DNA of 63,199 nt, counting the filler, from Kipferlia bialata (taxonomy: Eukaryota): NCBI GenBank assembly GCA_003568945.1. It is 4 parts of 4 records of this genome, joined end to end, with 100 filler letters (N's around TTAATTAATTAA, not from the genome) between each part and the next. Parts side by side here need not be neighbours in the genome. Positions count along the whole stretch, not along the records: positions 17,196 to 46,307 come from BDIP01000140.1; positions 46,408 to 61,204 come from BDIP01000141.1; 2 more parts are not named here. The stretch is one strand, 5' to 3'. Positions 37,601 to 50,722 of the stretch are shown here, piece after piece (within the stretch, counting starts at the first letter, position 1; every line of letters starts with the position of its first letter). The notes under the pieces were generated by a model. The model worked only from the letters and a program-made list of their open reading frames with translations. It ran no database searches and was not told the origin of the DNA. The translations under genes and the position numbers were made by a program.

Positions 37601-40600
37601 AGGGGTCGAGAGCAGGGCAGAGGACGGGGAGGCAGTCACAAGGGTGGACACAGCCAGGGAGTCCGTCTCGATAGAGGCCACGTCGACGTCCCCACCAGTG
37701 GAAACGGAAAGAGCAGCAAGAGAAAGTGTTGAAGAGACACCTGTCGTGGCGACAGATAGTACCGTTGAACCAGACGCGTCATCAACCGTGAGCCCAACCC
37801 CGTTGGTTGAGATGGACACGGGCCTGTCCACTGTGAGACGGGACGGGGTGTCGCTCGACGCAGACAGAGTCACGTCCGACACCTTGACAGTGGAATCAGC
37901 CACCAGAGGGGACGTCACTCCAAGAATCCCATCCGAAATCAGCTCCAGTGTGTCACCATCTTCAAGCGCAGCAATAACGACGTCGTTATTGCCGTCAAAG
38001 CGAGAGGCTGAAAGACGCTGGACTGGAGACGAAGGAACAGTGATGTCCTTGACAACAAACTCGCCAGCGTTCATCACGCCCTCAGTCTGGAGTGAGCAGA
38101 ATGAGACACAACCAAAGGATGAAGAAATAGAATCCAGACATACAAACCTTGAACTCTGAGGATTCAATCTGCCCCAGGAATTCAGCTGTGCCCGATACAC
38201 TGAGCCCAGCCTCGAGAACAGACTCCTCGTAGAAGGACACCTCAGTCACGCCAGAACTGTCCCCAACCTCTACAACAACAGAGGGTGAGCCGGGGACTGT
38301 ACTATCCACAACGGTGAGAAGGACATCTGTGTCCAGGCCCACCTGAACTGGGCCAGTCTTGAGGACGGAGACATCGCCACTATCCATAGCCTTGGACGCA
38401 GAGGAGACGGAGGTATTATCATTGATGGCCAGAGTGTCGGTGGATAGGTAGTTGCTACCAGTAACAGCAACATTGGAATCAAACTCGAAAGGAGTTGAGG
38501 TCGTTGTAAACGAGGCAGTGGCGGAAGCTGTCGACACAGCGAGAACAGAGTCAACCTGGAGGTCGGGCGCATCCACCTCACCACCAACGACCAGGTTGCC
38601 CACTGCGACATCTCCCACAAGAGAGATCTCGGCAGCTGACACAACAACTCCCCCGTCCACAAAAGAGTCACTGGAGCCAGATTGCAGAACCAGACCGTTG
38701 CTGACCTTTGGAGACAAAGCCGCGGGGTTCAGATCATCTGTGTCTACAAGGGAGAGGGCTCCGCCAACGGAGATGGCACCGACCTCAACGGCGTCTGCAT
38801 CTAGGGACACGACCTCCATGTCACTCTGCACCAGCACAGACCCCTCGGCACACCCAGAGGAGGAGCACTCGGCAGAGAGAATCACAACGCCACTCTGGAT
38901 ATCACCCATTCCGGCCTGAGGTGAACAGGATGAGACGACACGGGGGGGGTTAACCAAAACTGAATCACCCTATAAACTATTAGAACGTACCACAAGCTCG
39001 ATCGCTCCCCCGGTACTGCCAACATCGGTTGTGGTCTGACCCATAACATGCACCAGAGTGGCTGGACCGGAGGAGATGCTTATTCGACTAATCTCTGTTC
39101 CAGACACAGTGGTATCTGCCCCAACAGTGACACCAATGGAAGACAGTGACGACATGGCAAGACTGTCGTCAGAAAATGAAGTGGGTAGTGGATAATGAGT
39201 AGACCACCAACGATGACCGAAGAACATACCTGCCCTCTACGGTGACCGAAGCCGGTAATGCTGCAGTTCCAACAGTGGCGGCAGATACGTCAGCAAGAGC
39301 TGCCACCAGGTCAGTATCGACCTCAATGTCGGAGTCCAACACAAGGCTTGACACATCAAGAGCATCAGAGGAATCAGAAAGAGCGCCAAGAGAAACAGAC
39401 ACGCTGGCAGACGTGGTACCGACGTTGTACTCGCCGACATATGTCGCCACTGGTAGCAAAAGGTTACCCGTGGGTGAGAGGACCATGTCATCAGCCGGGG
39501 CGAGGGAGACGTTGGCCGAGGAGGTGATGCGGTCAGTTGTGGCCTTGGTGTTTGCTACAGCAGACGTACTGATGAGGGCACCAGTGAGATTGGTGTCCTT
39601 GAATAGTGCCCCGTCTGAATCCACAACAATGGCTGTTGCATGCGTAATGGATACAGAGACATCAACGTCTGACAGGACTCCTTCCTCGACTACTAAAGGA
39701 ACTACAACACTAGCAACTCCCGCTGATTGACATCCGGCACAAGTAGGGTTGCCAAGAACAACGTCCCCGTCAGAACATCCGCTACCGGTGCAAGACCCTC
39801 CGGAAAAGACAACTGCCCCACCAGAGTCGGTACCAACTCCAGCAGATACCTCCACCTCACCGCCAACACCAAGATTACGGTCACCACCAACAAAGGAGGT
39901 ATCACGTCCGAGACTCTCTCCATATGCCAGGCCACTGTCAGAGAGAAGAATGCCGGCGGTACTCAGGTACTCTGAGTTCCCAACCTCCACACTCCGCAAC
40001 TCCAAAGTTCCTGTCACAGTCAAAGCCCCAGTTGAAACAGTGGCAGCACCGCTGTCAACCACAACCTCAACGGCAGCGAGACTGTCACTGTGGGAAACAA
40101 CAAGCTCATCATCTGTAAGGGATATCGCTCCAGTGCTGATCACACCAGCATCCAACGGAAGTGCAGGCACGTCAGCAGAGGATATGGAGACGGGGTCGGA
40201 TACTGATATAGCGCCAGCAGCTGAGCCGACAGTAAACCCTGAAGAGAACTCGATGTCAAGCTGTTCTCCGTGTGACAAGACCGAGAGAGAGTCTCCTAGC
40301 ACATGGGCAGTGCTAGACTTGTAATGGTGGCTGTCACCAGGTGAGGCCAGGGAGACATCTCCTGAGGAATGGGACACCGTCAGAACAGCAGCAGAGTCAT
40401 CTACGATCTCTACGACGATGGCCTCTAGCGTAGCACTAGCCTCGAGTGTGTCACTGCCCAACCCACTGGATACAGACAGGCCCTCGGTAGCAAGAGCAAG
40501 GGACTCAAGTACAATGGTACCAGACGCACACCCAGCCGTAGTGCACTCAGCTGTGACCACCACGTCTCCCGACTGTCCCATGGCCTCCATGCTCTGTCCG

Positions 40601-43600
40601 GCACTCACATAGAGGTCTCCCCCGGTCACACCAAGGCCAGAGGTGATGTCCAGAGATCCTCCCTTGTGTGTGGACGACCTCTGAGCAGCGACAAGAAGAC
40701 CAACAGTGGAAGAACCCATATCTGCATCGGATACGCCAATGGCGTAGTCTGACGACAACGAGACCGCGTCTACAGAAATGGAAGTGGAAACCTCGACGGA
40801 GTCTGCAACCAGAGCACTGCCTGCATCACCAACAACGACGAGGGGGGCAGAGAGAACAATCTCACTCACGTCAGCAATAAGAGACGTGTTCAGGGTTGGC
40901 GTCTCAATATCAGTGGAAGCCATCGACACAGCACTGGTGGTCCCGTCCACCTCTACTGACTCAGAGGTGGCCCCAACGGAAGTTACCCCAGAGTCGTCGA
41001 TGACGATAGTTGCAGTCCCTCCTGGTGACTGTGTCACACCCACAGCACCACTCGCCTCCAGAGTGATGCAAACTGAGTCCGTGAACGCAACGGCACTTGA
41101 AGAAGAACCCTGGATTGAGTCTCCCAGAGTCGTAGCGACCTCAAGCTCCCCATCCACAGACACAGTACCATCGGAGGAGACGATGCTGAGCGAAGACCCG
41201 TTCAATGTGGCGTGGGTAGTGTAAGTGAGAGAGACCTCCGGTGACCCTGCCTCAGTGACAATCAACTCACTGGAAGACAACAGAGTGGCATTCAATGTGT
41301 CAGATGTCACAGCACCCGTGAACTCTGCAGCTGCAGCCTCCACAGCACTCTCGATGGCAACATCACCCCCTGTAAATGAAACAGAGCCTGCAGCAAGACC
41401 GGAGTAGGTGAGAAGGAGTGGGACACCACCCTCAATCTGCACATCTCCTCCCTGGGTGTTTCCCTCTCCTCCTGTGAGAATAATGTTCCCGCCTCCGGAA
41501 GCGGCATCCAAACCGCTAACAGTGAAGGTATCGTCATCTGAGTCCGTGGCGTGGTAGAGAGTGGCCTCGAGCACACGGACGTCTCCGAATGCGGCAGTGG
41601 TGGCGACCAGAGACCCACTGTCCTCGAAGGAGAGAGAGGAGACACTTGTGTCCTCCAGTGTCAAAGCATCCGCAAACACCACAGAGTGACTCGAGGATGA
41701 CGGAGAGACGGAGAGGGTGTCATCTCCCGAGGAGTAACTGATCCCATACCCGTTAGAGGAGTCAGAGACGTTGACAACCATTGCCATGTGTGATCCAGAG
41801 ACCTCCACACTTCCTGTGTTATCGACGGAGTCGAGAGTGGCAGGGCCTGCAACCTCTAGAGCTCCCTCAATGATCACATCACCGGCGGCATCCACATCAC
41901 TCTCTGCAATCACAGTTCCCGATACATAGCCAGAGCTACACTCAGGACACTCGGCCGACAGAATGACATCTCCCACCTGGCCAACCCCCTCCTGTGACCC
42001 ACCCATGAGGACGGCGTCGGCACCAGTGATCTCACCTGATTGTGAGATGTCATAGGGGAACACCATAGTGAGACTGATTGGTATGACAAAGAGACCGACG
42101 TACCTGCTCCACCCCTGAGGATCACATCGCCGGCTGGGATGAGACCACTGGCTGAGCCCTGGCCCTGTATGACATAGGCCACAGGAGAGGCAGAGGCGAT
42201 GGGCGTGATTCCACCGGCTCCGAGAGTGGTAGTCTCAACCGTGAAGGTGTCGGTGACAATACCCCCGGTGAGGTGGATATCGGTAGATGCCACAGCCCCT
42301 GTTACGGAGAGTGTGTCAGCTGTGAGAGTGGAAGCAGCGACGCCGCTGGTAGAGGCTTCCAGTGAGTTTCCAGAAGATCCTGGAACCACAAGGGAACCTG
42401 TGGCTACAGTATCCAGAGCACCTAAACCAGCAACAGAGGCATCCGCCAGCAGGTACGCAGAGTCCAGCTCTGTCTGGGGTGAGTGTGGGGCCCTGAAGGA
42501 TGTACAGGACGTTATCAATCATACATACGACACCAACCTCAGACATGAATGACACCACTCCAGTGGACCCACTCCCAGATCCAGCGGCAACAATCAGAGA
42601 GCCACCACTGTTAGTTCCATCGCCTCCTAACAAATACACTGAGCCCCCATCAGAAGACCCAGTCACAGAGAGAGACTCACTGCCCGCGGGAGAGACAGAT
42701 GCACTTTCAATGGAGTCAACGGTCAGAGACTGTACCATGGCATCACCAGCGATATGCAAGACTCCAAGACTGGTCTCGCCGGACACCGCGAGGGAGCCTG
42801 GAATGGATACACCGGTGGATGCCACTTCAGTGACCGACGATCCATCCACTACCAGGGAGGCACCGGTGTCTGCCCAAAATTCTACTTGCGATGTCTCAAT
42901 GGAGAATGAGGTGGGGGAAGAGACTATCGAGGTCTCAAGTCCAACGCCTAAACTTGCTCCGACCTCAACTGACTGTGCTGCTGCAAGGCTTGAGCCTGTA
43001 ACACTCTCGGCGGCAGCAACGTCGGCGGTAGCGCTCCCTGCGGTCAAGGAGGACCCATCTCCCACAGTGACATCAGTGGCGACAAAGAGGATGTCTGCGG
43101 TCCCAGAGGAAGGCCCGATGACGCCGCTGGAGATGGAGAGGGCCTGGGAGAGGGGGCCAGACACAGCAGCAGACGTAGCATCGACAGAGTCCAGAGAGAC
43201 AGTGGAGGAAGAAAGAGCTCCAGCTGTCAGGCCTCCGTCGACCTCTAACTCCTCATGGACAATAACAGTCCCAGAGGTGCCTGTGCCTGGGGTGAAGGGA
43301 TACCAGTGGAGGCCAAATAGAAATGACACCGTACAAAACCAACTACCCAGGCACACATACACTCACCATCTCCTGCCACATCTAGTGTGATACTGCCTCT
43401 GCTACCGGTGCGACCGGTATACTCTCCAGGGGAGAGATACACAGTGCCTCCCATGCTGTATCCGGCGCCACCCTCCATGGATGCTGTGCCTCCAACCTGC
43501 CCCTCTGTGTCCGTGCCCTCCACCCCGATGGAGAGAGGCACGGGCGACCCAGACGACGTGGCGGAGAGACTCACGGTACTCTGAGTCACGGTGATGGCTC

Positions 43601-44721
43601 CCATAGTAATAGAGGACATTGTCCCAAGTGTCATCCCTCCAGGTGTAAGGTCTGTGGCGTCAACGGTTGACACAGACAGATCACCATTGACCACACTGTC
43701 GTCCGAAACTATACCCTCAGACCCCAGCACAAGAGAGGAGGTCTGGATCTCAGCAACACTCAGGGATGTAGCCAAAAGAGAGTCCACATCAGTGTCCGTT
43801 GACTCAACGATCCCGGCATAAACTGTAGTCCCTGAAAGTGAGGTCACGCTCAGGGGTTGAAGACATAGAAAGATACACCTCTGTGAATTGAACAAAAGAA
43901 AGGATCACAAGACAGAACTCGAGAAGAGAAAAGGGAAAGTCACAAGGGTACCTGTCATGACCAGAGGTGCCTCTCCGTCCACAACAAACTCCACTGAGGC
44001 ACTGGTATCAATCATGTCCCCTCCCTCGATGTAGAAGACGGCAGAGGTGGTCTTGGTCACCCCACCCACTCCAGAGTTCTCTCCAGAACCTTGGTCTGAG
44101 TACCTCCCTGTACCAGGAGTGCCATAACTGCCAATACCACCACTGACACTCTCTGTCTCCTTGGCACTGAAGGCAGAGGCACTAGCAGGATCGTTGGATA
44201 CAGTAAATCGACCATTGACAGTCATTGCACCGCTAACAGCAATACTATCAGACACCTCCATCGACTCAGACTCTACACTGCTGAAGGACGGCACCACTGA
44301 AGAACCGTCGCTGGTCACCATGTACCTGAGAGTCAGGAATATCATACGAGAGACTCTAAAATTAGCATCTCTCACCCTGTTGCCTCGTCAATTAGGATCA
44401 TAGAATCTGCCTCAATGGATCCAGCTGTGTCCCCACCAGACGATATTCCCGTAAAGTATGCGTCCTTCACCCATACTGCACAGGGGATGTACACAATGAG
44501 AGCTACAATCTGGAGGATCACAAGTAGAGTGAGCCAGAGCTTTCCAACTCCGGTAACCTCCTTACGCTTGATGTGACTGGGACCTAGCACATCTGACTCT
44601 TTCCCAGGATCATTACCCGGAGCTTGTGGGTGAGAGAATGATCGGAGAGGGCTAAAAGAGTGCAGAGAATCAGAACTAGAGGAAAACAACAATCTATACA
44701 ACCTGAAGGGGAGGAACTCAT
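28681..44721 (-). CDS. Giant (estimated >4,000 aa) type II membrane-anchored, acidic S/T/G/V/A/D-rich fibre/beta-solenoid-like surface protein, multi-exon
   Basis: ATG 44721 (MSSSPS/APGNDPGK...) is followed by KRKE and one TM segment (LWLTLLVILQIVALIVYIPCAVWV). About 16 kb of consecutive minus-strand ORFs of uniform composition follow (e.g. 965, 375, 348, 326, 291 aa), separated by short GT-AG introns and carrying recurring GGxVxIxGG modules. Ends ...QAALDWSHM* at 28681; an extra last exon cannot be excluded. Confidence 0.85.
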
Positions 44722-44967
44722 CCCCAAAACCTAACAGAGCAAGTCTCTGTGCCACAGCTGATCAAACTGACGGCAGCTGGACTATTACTGTCTTGGATCG
44801 GCTATCCTTCCGCCAGCTGAGAGGAAGGGTCCGTTCTCCAAAAAACTGAGGCCATCTCACTTCGCTATTTCTATAGTACCAAGCTCAGATAGCTTGACCT
44901 AAGCTCGGGTAGTAGCTGTGTCTGTCGTTTCCTGTCGTTTTAGAACGTACTGGGTCGATAGAGACGG

Positions 44968-46218
44968 ATGCCGCCTCCGGTGAGTACCCATATTTGGTTT
45001 TGGCCCATAACCTATCATTTTTGCGATTGTTAGGGACTGTGCGCCGGCATCGGAGTATCAAGTATACTCATTAGTAGAGTTTGGTTCGAGGATATAGTCG
45101 AATTCTGCTTACATCAGGTGTCTAAGCCACAGACGCTTCCTGCCCTAGATGGCGGGAAGCCCGGCTCAGGGCCTAAGAAACCCCCCTCACGCCCTCCACG
45201 GACAAAGCCTACTGCCAGTATGGGTCCCAGGGCTCTACCCAATGTTGTCACCCCGGTTACAGTCGGATTTCCCGTGTCCCAGCCAATGGGTGGCGCTTTC
45301 CCAGGCCAGAGCTCCTTCAATGCCAGCCAGTCCCAATTCAACCAGAGCATGAGCCCAAATATGGGTATGGGAATGGGAATGGATCCAAGGAGGTGAGATA
45401 TAGTATTTATCTTTGAGTGTGTATACTACTTCTTGGTACTTTCCTTCTATTTTTGGCTCACAGCAGTACTATGGGCAGGTTTATTCCTCCAAGGAAGCAG
45501 TACACCAGCAAGGGTTGTGGACTCATCCTCACCATTGTACTGGTTGTGCAACTGTTGCTACTCCTACCTGTCGCTGGATGGGTGGTACGTCGGAGTATTG
45601 TACTTCATCCACAGTCCCACTGCCCTGTGACACATCTCCCTCACCCCAGTCCGTCGCCTACTTCAGTGGCACCCTTATGAACTCTGATCCCTCTGTCGAG
45701 GTGGACCAGACTGCCCTTGTCCAGATCAATGCCGAGACAGGATTCATGGTACGGCAACCTGCTCTTTGCCCCCATCCCTAATGTCGTCTCCTGGTCTCAC
45801 TGACAACAGGTCACTGCAGCTGGAGAGGAGGTGGTCCCCTCCTTTGAGGAGATCAGCACCTCTTCCATCAGTGTCGAGGAGGACCTCCAGGTATATACGG
45901 GCTCATACTGGTGCTATGTTATTTTTAAAATTTTTAGTTCTCACTGCGTTTCCCTTCTTCTCACAATAGGTTGGGGGAGATGTTGTGGTTTCCGGTGTGT
46001 TCACTGCCATGATCACCCCAAGAGAGAGCTCTAGCGGTACCAAGCAGGTGGGTGCCGCTGAGGTCGCCTCTGCTGGGGGCAAGGGAACTGGCAAGGGAAC
46101 TGGCAAGGGAGGGTACTCCTTCAGCTCTGGTAGTGGTACTGGAGAGGGTGGGAGTGGCCATGGGTCTAGTGGCTTGGGCCCCTCTGTCAGTGGAAAGGCC
46201 ACAGAGACGGAGTTCCAG
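44968..46218 (+). CDS. Paralog of the giant type II membrane protein (5' part; truncated by contig end)
   Basis: Reads MPPP/VSKPQ..., a Pro-rich cytosolic tail, TM LILTIVLVVQLLLLLPVAGW, then AYFSG...LVQINAETGFMVTAAGEEVVPSFEEISTSSISV. The latter aligns with AYFTG...MILIDEATGYMVTSDGSSVVPSFSSVESESMEV of the divergent gene. Confidence 0.8.
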
Positions 46219-46255
46219 GTGGGTTTGACATATTATATATCATGGTATATACAAA

Positions 46256-46307
<52 letters not shown>

Positions 46308-46407
46308 NNNNNNNNNNNNNNNNNNNNNNNNNNNNNNNNNNNNNNNNNNNNTTAATTAATTAANNNNNNNNNNNNNNNNNNNNNNNNNNNNNNNNNNNNN
46401 NNNNNNN
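46308..46407. other. Artificial contig-joining linker (N44-TTAATTAATTAA-N44)
   Basis: Same 100-nt six-frame-stop spacer. Confidence 0.95.
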
Positions 46408-46412
46408 GGGGG

Positions 46413-46459
<47 letters not shown>

Positions 46460-46659
46460 GAGTGAGAGAGAGATAGAGAAGTACAGAAACAAATGTGTAT
46501 AATACCTCAATGCAAGGACGGATGGGGGGGGGGAGGGAAGAAAAGAGATATACAACATACCTCAATGCCAGGATGGCCGGTCTGCAGCAGAAGAGACCCT
46601 CTTTATACATATATATATATATATATACTATATATGTATATGTATGTATATCTATCTAT

Positions 46660-49600
46660 ATATACCTCAGTGCCAGGATGGCTGGTCTGCAGCAGAAGAG
46701 ACCTAGTAACAGTACAGCACCAGGCAGAATGACAGCTAGGGTAAGTACATTATATGGGTGCATATACATATGTATATGCATATATGCATATATCATATAT
46801 ATATACCTACATATATATATATATACACACACCTGACTGTCTCTGGGGCATCTCTGCCATGCAGTACAGGCCTTGTCTAATATACACATACATATATACA
46901 ACTATATAGTATATATATATGTGTGTATGTATGTAAATATATACACACCTGACTGTCTCTGGGGCATGTCTGCCATGCAGTACAGGCCATGCTTAAAGGC
47001 ACCACAAGGGTATGCGACAGAGGGTGCAGGGCCCACTGTATATGATGCAATACACCCTATAACAGGCACCTCACTACCACTCTCAGTCACTCCAAGGGGG
47101 AGAGAGAGCAGGTATTCCATGCTCTCTGTATCAGTATCAAGAGCTAGTGATGTGTCAAGGTCTGAGAGGGTGGATAGAGCTAGGGCGTCCTCTCTCGCCC
47201 ACCAGAACTGGGCTAGACCCTCAGAAGAAGAGGGCGTTCTAGCTACAGCACCACCTGTACACATGTACAAAGAGTCACTGAGGCTACTTGGTAGAGGTGT
47301 GCAGCTTGTTCCGAACACCCCACCCATGTTGTGCAAGGGGGATAGTGCCACAGTGGTTGGGTTGTGGGGGGTGGAAGAGAGGAAGGTGCCAGGGGTGAGG
47401 GAGTTGCCATACACATCCACACCACCTAGCAGCAACATGCCACTCCCACTGCCTGGGGGGTAAGGTTAGAGTAGTATAGTTACATATAATGAAACAATGC
47501 ACATCATACACTATTTAGTGTCAACATGCCACTCCCACTGTCTAGGGGGTCAGACAGCAGTAATATTATCACAATATACTATATAAATGTTGTAATATAC
47601 TATATATACATATATATCTAATAGTAGACATCTAGCAGCATTCCACTACCACTGATGTTGGTGGGGTATATGGAATAGGAATGCATATTAGAATCCCTAC
47701 CTTGCACAGCATGCGTACTGGCCACCTCCTCACTATATAACAATCAATTCATATATACTTATATATGTATAATATCTACTATATATAGATATATACATAA
47801 TGTACTCTTCATCTAACCTTGCCCTGCACTCACACTGACCACCTCCTCACACTAAACATAATATACATATATATATACATACATATATACATTCCATATG
47901 TACCTTGTATAGCCTGTGCGCTAGCCACCTCCTCACTGTCAGATGCACTCTGTGTGGTGACACTGTTATGCCCGACACCCACACCATGCAAGAGAGCCAT
48001 GGAGGAGACACTATCACTGCTAGAGACACTCTCGTTGCTCCAGAGGGTCTCCGCAGCCTCCTCCCCGTACACTACGCGAGTTAGGGTGGATGTATAGGTA
48101 GTGACACCATCTACAGTGGATGATGTGTGGGAGAGGATGTGTGCAGACCCGGCAGAGGAAGTGGTTGCAACCACTACTCCCTCTCTGTCCTCAGAGTCTA
48201 GGGACACGCCCTGATATCAGTATCAGTATATACACATAATCTAATGCTGTAAGAGTAGCAACAATGATAATTACTACTATATACCTCCTCCCACACTGCT
48301 GTGGTGTCTGTTTCACTCAGTGTGAGCATAAGTATATAGATGAATAGGTACGTATACTTATATACAATCTCATATACCTCTTCCCACCCAGCTGTGGTGT
48401 CTGTGTCACTCAGTGTCAGGTAGTGCACTATGTTATCGGATAGCACAGTGGACACACCACCTGTAGTGAGATGAGATGCAAAGATTAATTAATGCATATT
48501 AATACTACATAATAGAAATATAGAGAACTTTGTTATCGGACAGCACAGTGGCAACACCACCTGAAGTCATGAATTGAACATAACATATCATTATATGTAT
48601 ATGTATTAGCTAATGTGTGAAATATAGTGCACTGTGTTATTGGATAGCACAGTGGCCACACAACCTAGGGTCAGATATAGAACGCTAGACGTATACATAT
48701 CTAAATAACTATGAGTAATAGAGTACATTCTACCTAGTATGTACTGTGACATGGAGCAGATAGGTAGTATATAGTACTGGTACCAGTCTGATGAAAGAAT
48801 GTGTGTGTTCACATACATACACACACATATACAATATACCTAGTGTGTACTGTGACATGGAGCAATTAGGCAGTGTATGTTATAGTACCTGCATTCATCT
48901 ACATACATATCTATAGTATATCTACACACACACATATATACAAGACTCTATATATATAACTATAGTGTACCTAGTGTGTACTGCGACATGGAGCACACAG
49001 GCAGTGTATAGTACTTGGTCTCTAATACCTTCATTCATAAACCTACACATTTATAAATGTGTGTATATATATAGTGTACCTAGTGTGTACTGAGACATGG
49101 AGCACACAGGCAGGTGGGAGTAGGTGGGGTCGGCAGAAGGGGCCACAGTCAGAAGAGCAGTGTCGCCTGGAAGTGAGATCAGAAAAATCTGGGACTCCTT
49201 GAGAATAGTTAAAACGTGCTACATACCTGTTATGGACAGCGTCACAATGAATGTCCTGTCTGTTGACGCTGTCCCAATAAAAATATGTATATAGGCGAAA
49301 ATATATACTGTACAAATACCTGTCACAGATAGTGTCACACTCACTGCCCTGTCTGATGGCTCTGTTCCCTCTGTACCTGAGGCATACTCATGGGCAGACA
49401 GACCAGTAGAGCTATGGTAAGGTTCACATATGCATATATTCACATAAGAGTAATATGTAAATTTATGTGCAGACAGACCAGTGGAGCTATAGTCAGATAT
49501 ACACACTATTGTATCAAACTCATATTTATTATGCATATGTGTCAAATGCATAACTCATGGGCAGACAGACCAGTGGACCATAGAGTTAGATATAAACAAT

Positions 49601-50683
49601 GTATAAGAATATTTGCAGATATATAGACATTAATACTCTACATACATGTATACATTTACTACAAATGACACGTACCCATCTGATAGGTGTAGATAGGCCC
49701 CACCCCCTGACGCCATACATGCACTGGTGCGAAGCAGGGTGTCTGAAGTCAGATATATACATATACTCATTTGTACACTATAAATCTGTGTATGTATAGA
49801 CAGTAACATATATGAGTATATATACATGCACTGGTGCCCAACAGGGTGTCTGAGGTTAGTAATATATATATATATGTACATAAGTATACATAAATACTTA
49901 TATGAGGCCAGACAGGCACTGGCCGTAGAAGAGTGTCTGAGGCAAGGTACCGAGAAGAGTTATAATGTACACATGCACTGATGTGATTATGGTATATGTA
50001 CACTCATAGGCCAGACAGGCAATGGTGCGCAACAGTGTTAATAGGGTAAGATAGTTCATATACTCCGCAGTCACATATACTAATACTCAATATCTACACC
50101 AAAGAACACACATTTACATTGATACAGTACCTGACTCCAGAGCACTACTGATGTCTGTGTATGTCTACAGTTCTGTCATATATATTCATACTCTATACTT
50201 GCATAAAAAATATATGCCATATGCATCTGGAGTATACTAATACTATTATGTACTATATACCTGCATCTAGGGCACTGTCAATGTCTGTGTCTGTCTGCAT
50301 GTCTGTCAGTTCAACCACTCCTCTGGTGCTGTTATAGGAGAGGGTGTACCTAGTATGAGACATAGAGAGAGTAACAAGCAGTGAGACATAAGGATGGAGA
50401 GAGAGAGAGAGAGATAGATAGTTCAACCACTCCTCTGGTGCTATTACAGGAGAGGGTATATCTGGTGTAAGAGGGAGGGAGAGAGAGAGGGAGGGAGAGA
50501 GGGAGAGAGAGGCAGAGAGAGGGGGGGGAGACAGAGAGAGAGATGTGGAGGGAAAGGAAGGGTCTACTTACACTAGAGACCACTCTACAACTCAATCATA
50601 TGTAAATATACTATACACTCACACTATGGGTTCTGCCTCTGTCCAGTCTGACATGGATGATATATGTATATATTATAATACAT

Positions 50684-50722
<39 letters not shown>

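Noticed and set aside
33984..43821. Long plus-strand ORFs (e.g. 42500-43390, 39749-40324, 37644-38159) opposite the giant gene
   Set aside because: These are antisense shadows of a GC-rich, stop-poor coding strand. They are T/S/P-rich mirror translations with no independent splice structure.
46219..46460. Poly-proline coding segment or G-quadruplex element at the contig ends
   Set aside because: These are homopolymer C/G runs adjoining the linker, of unreliable length and intronic in position.
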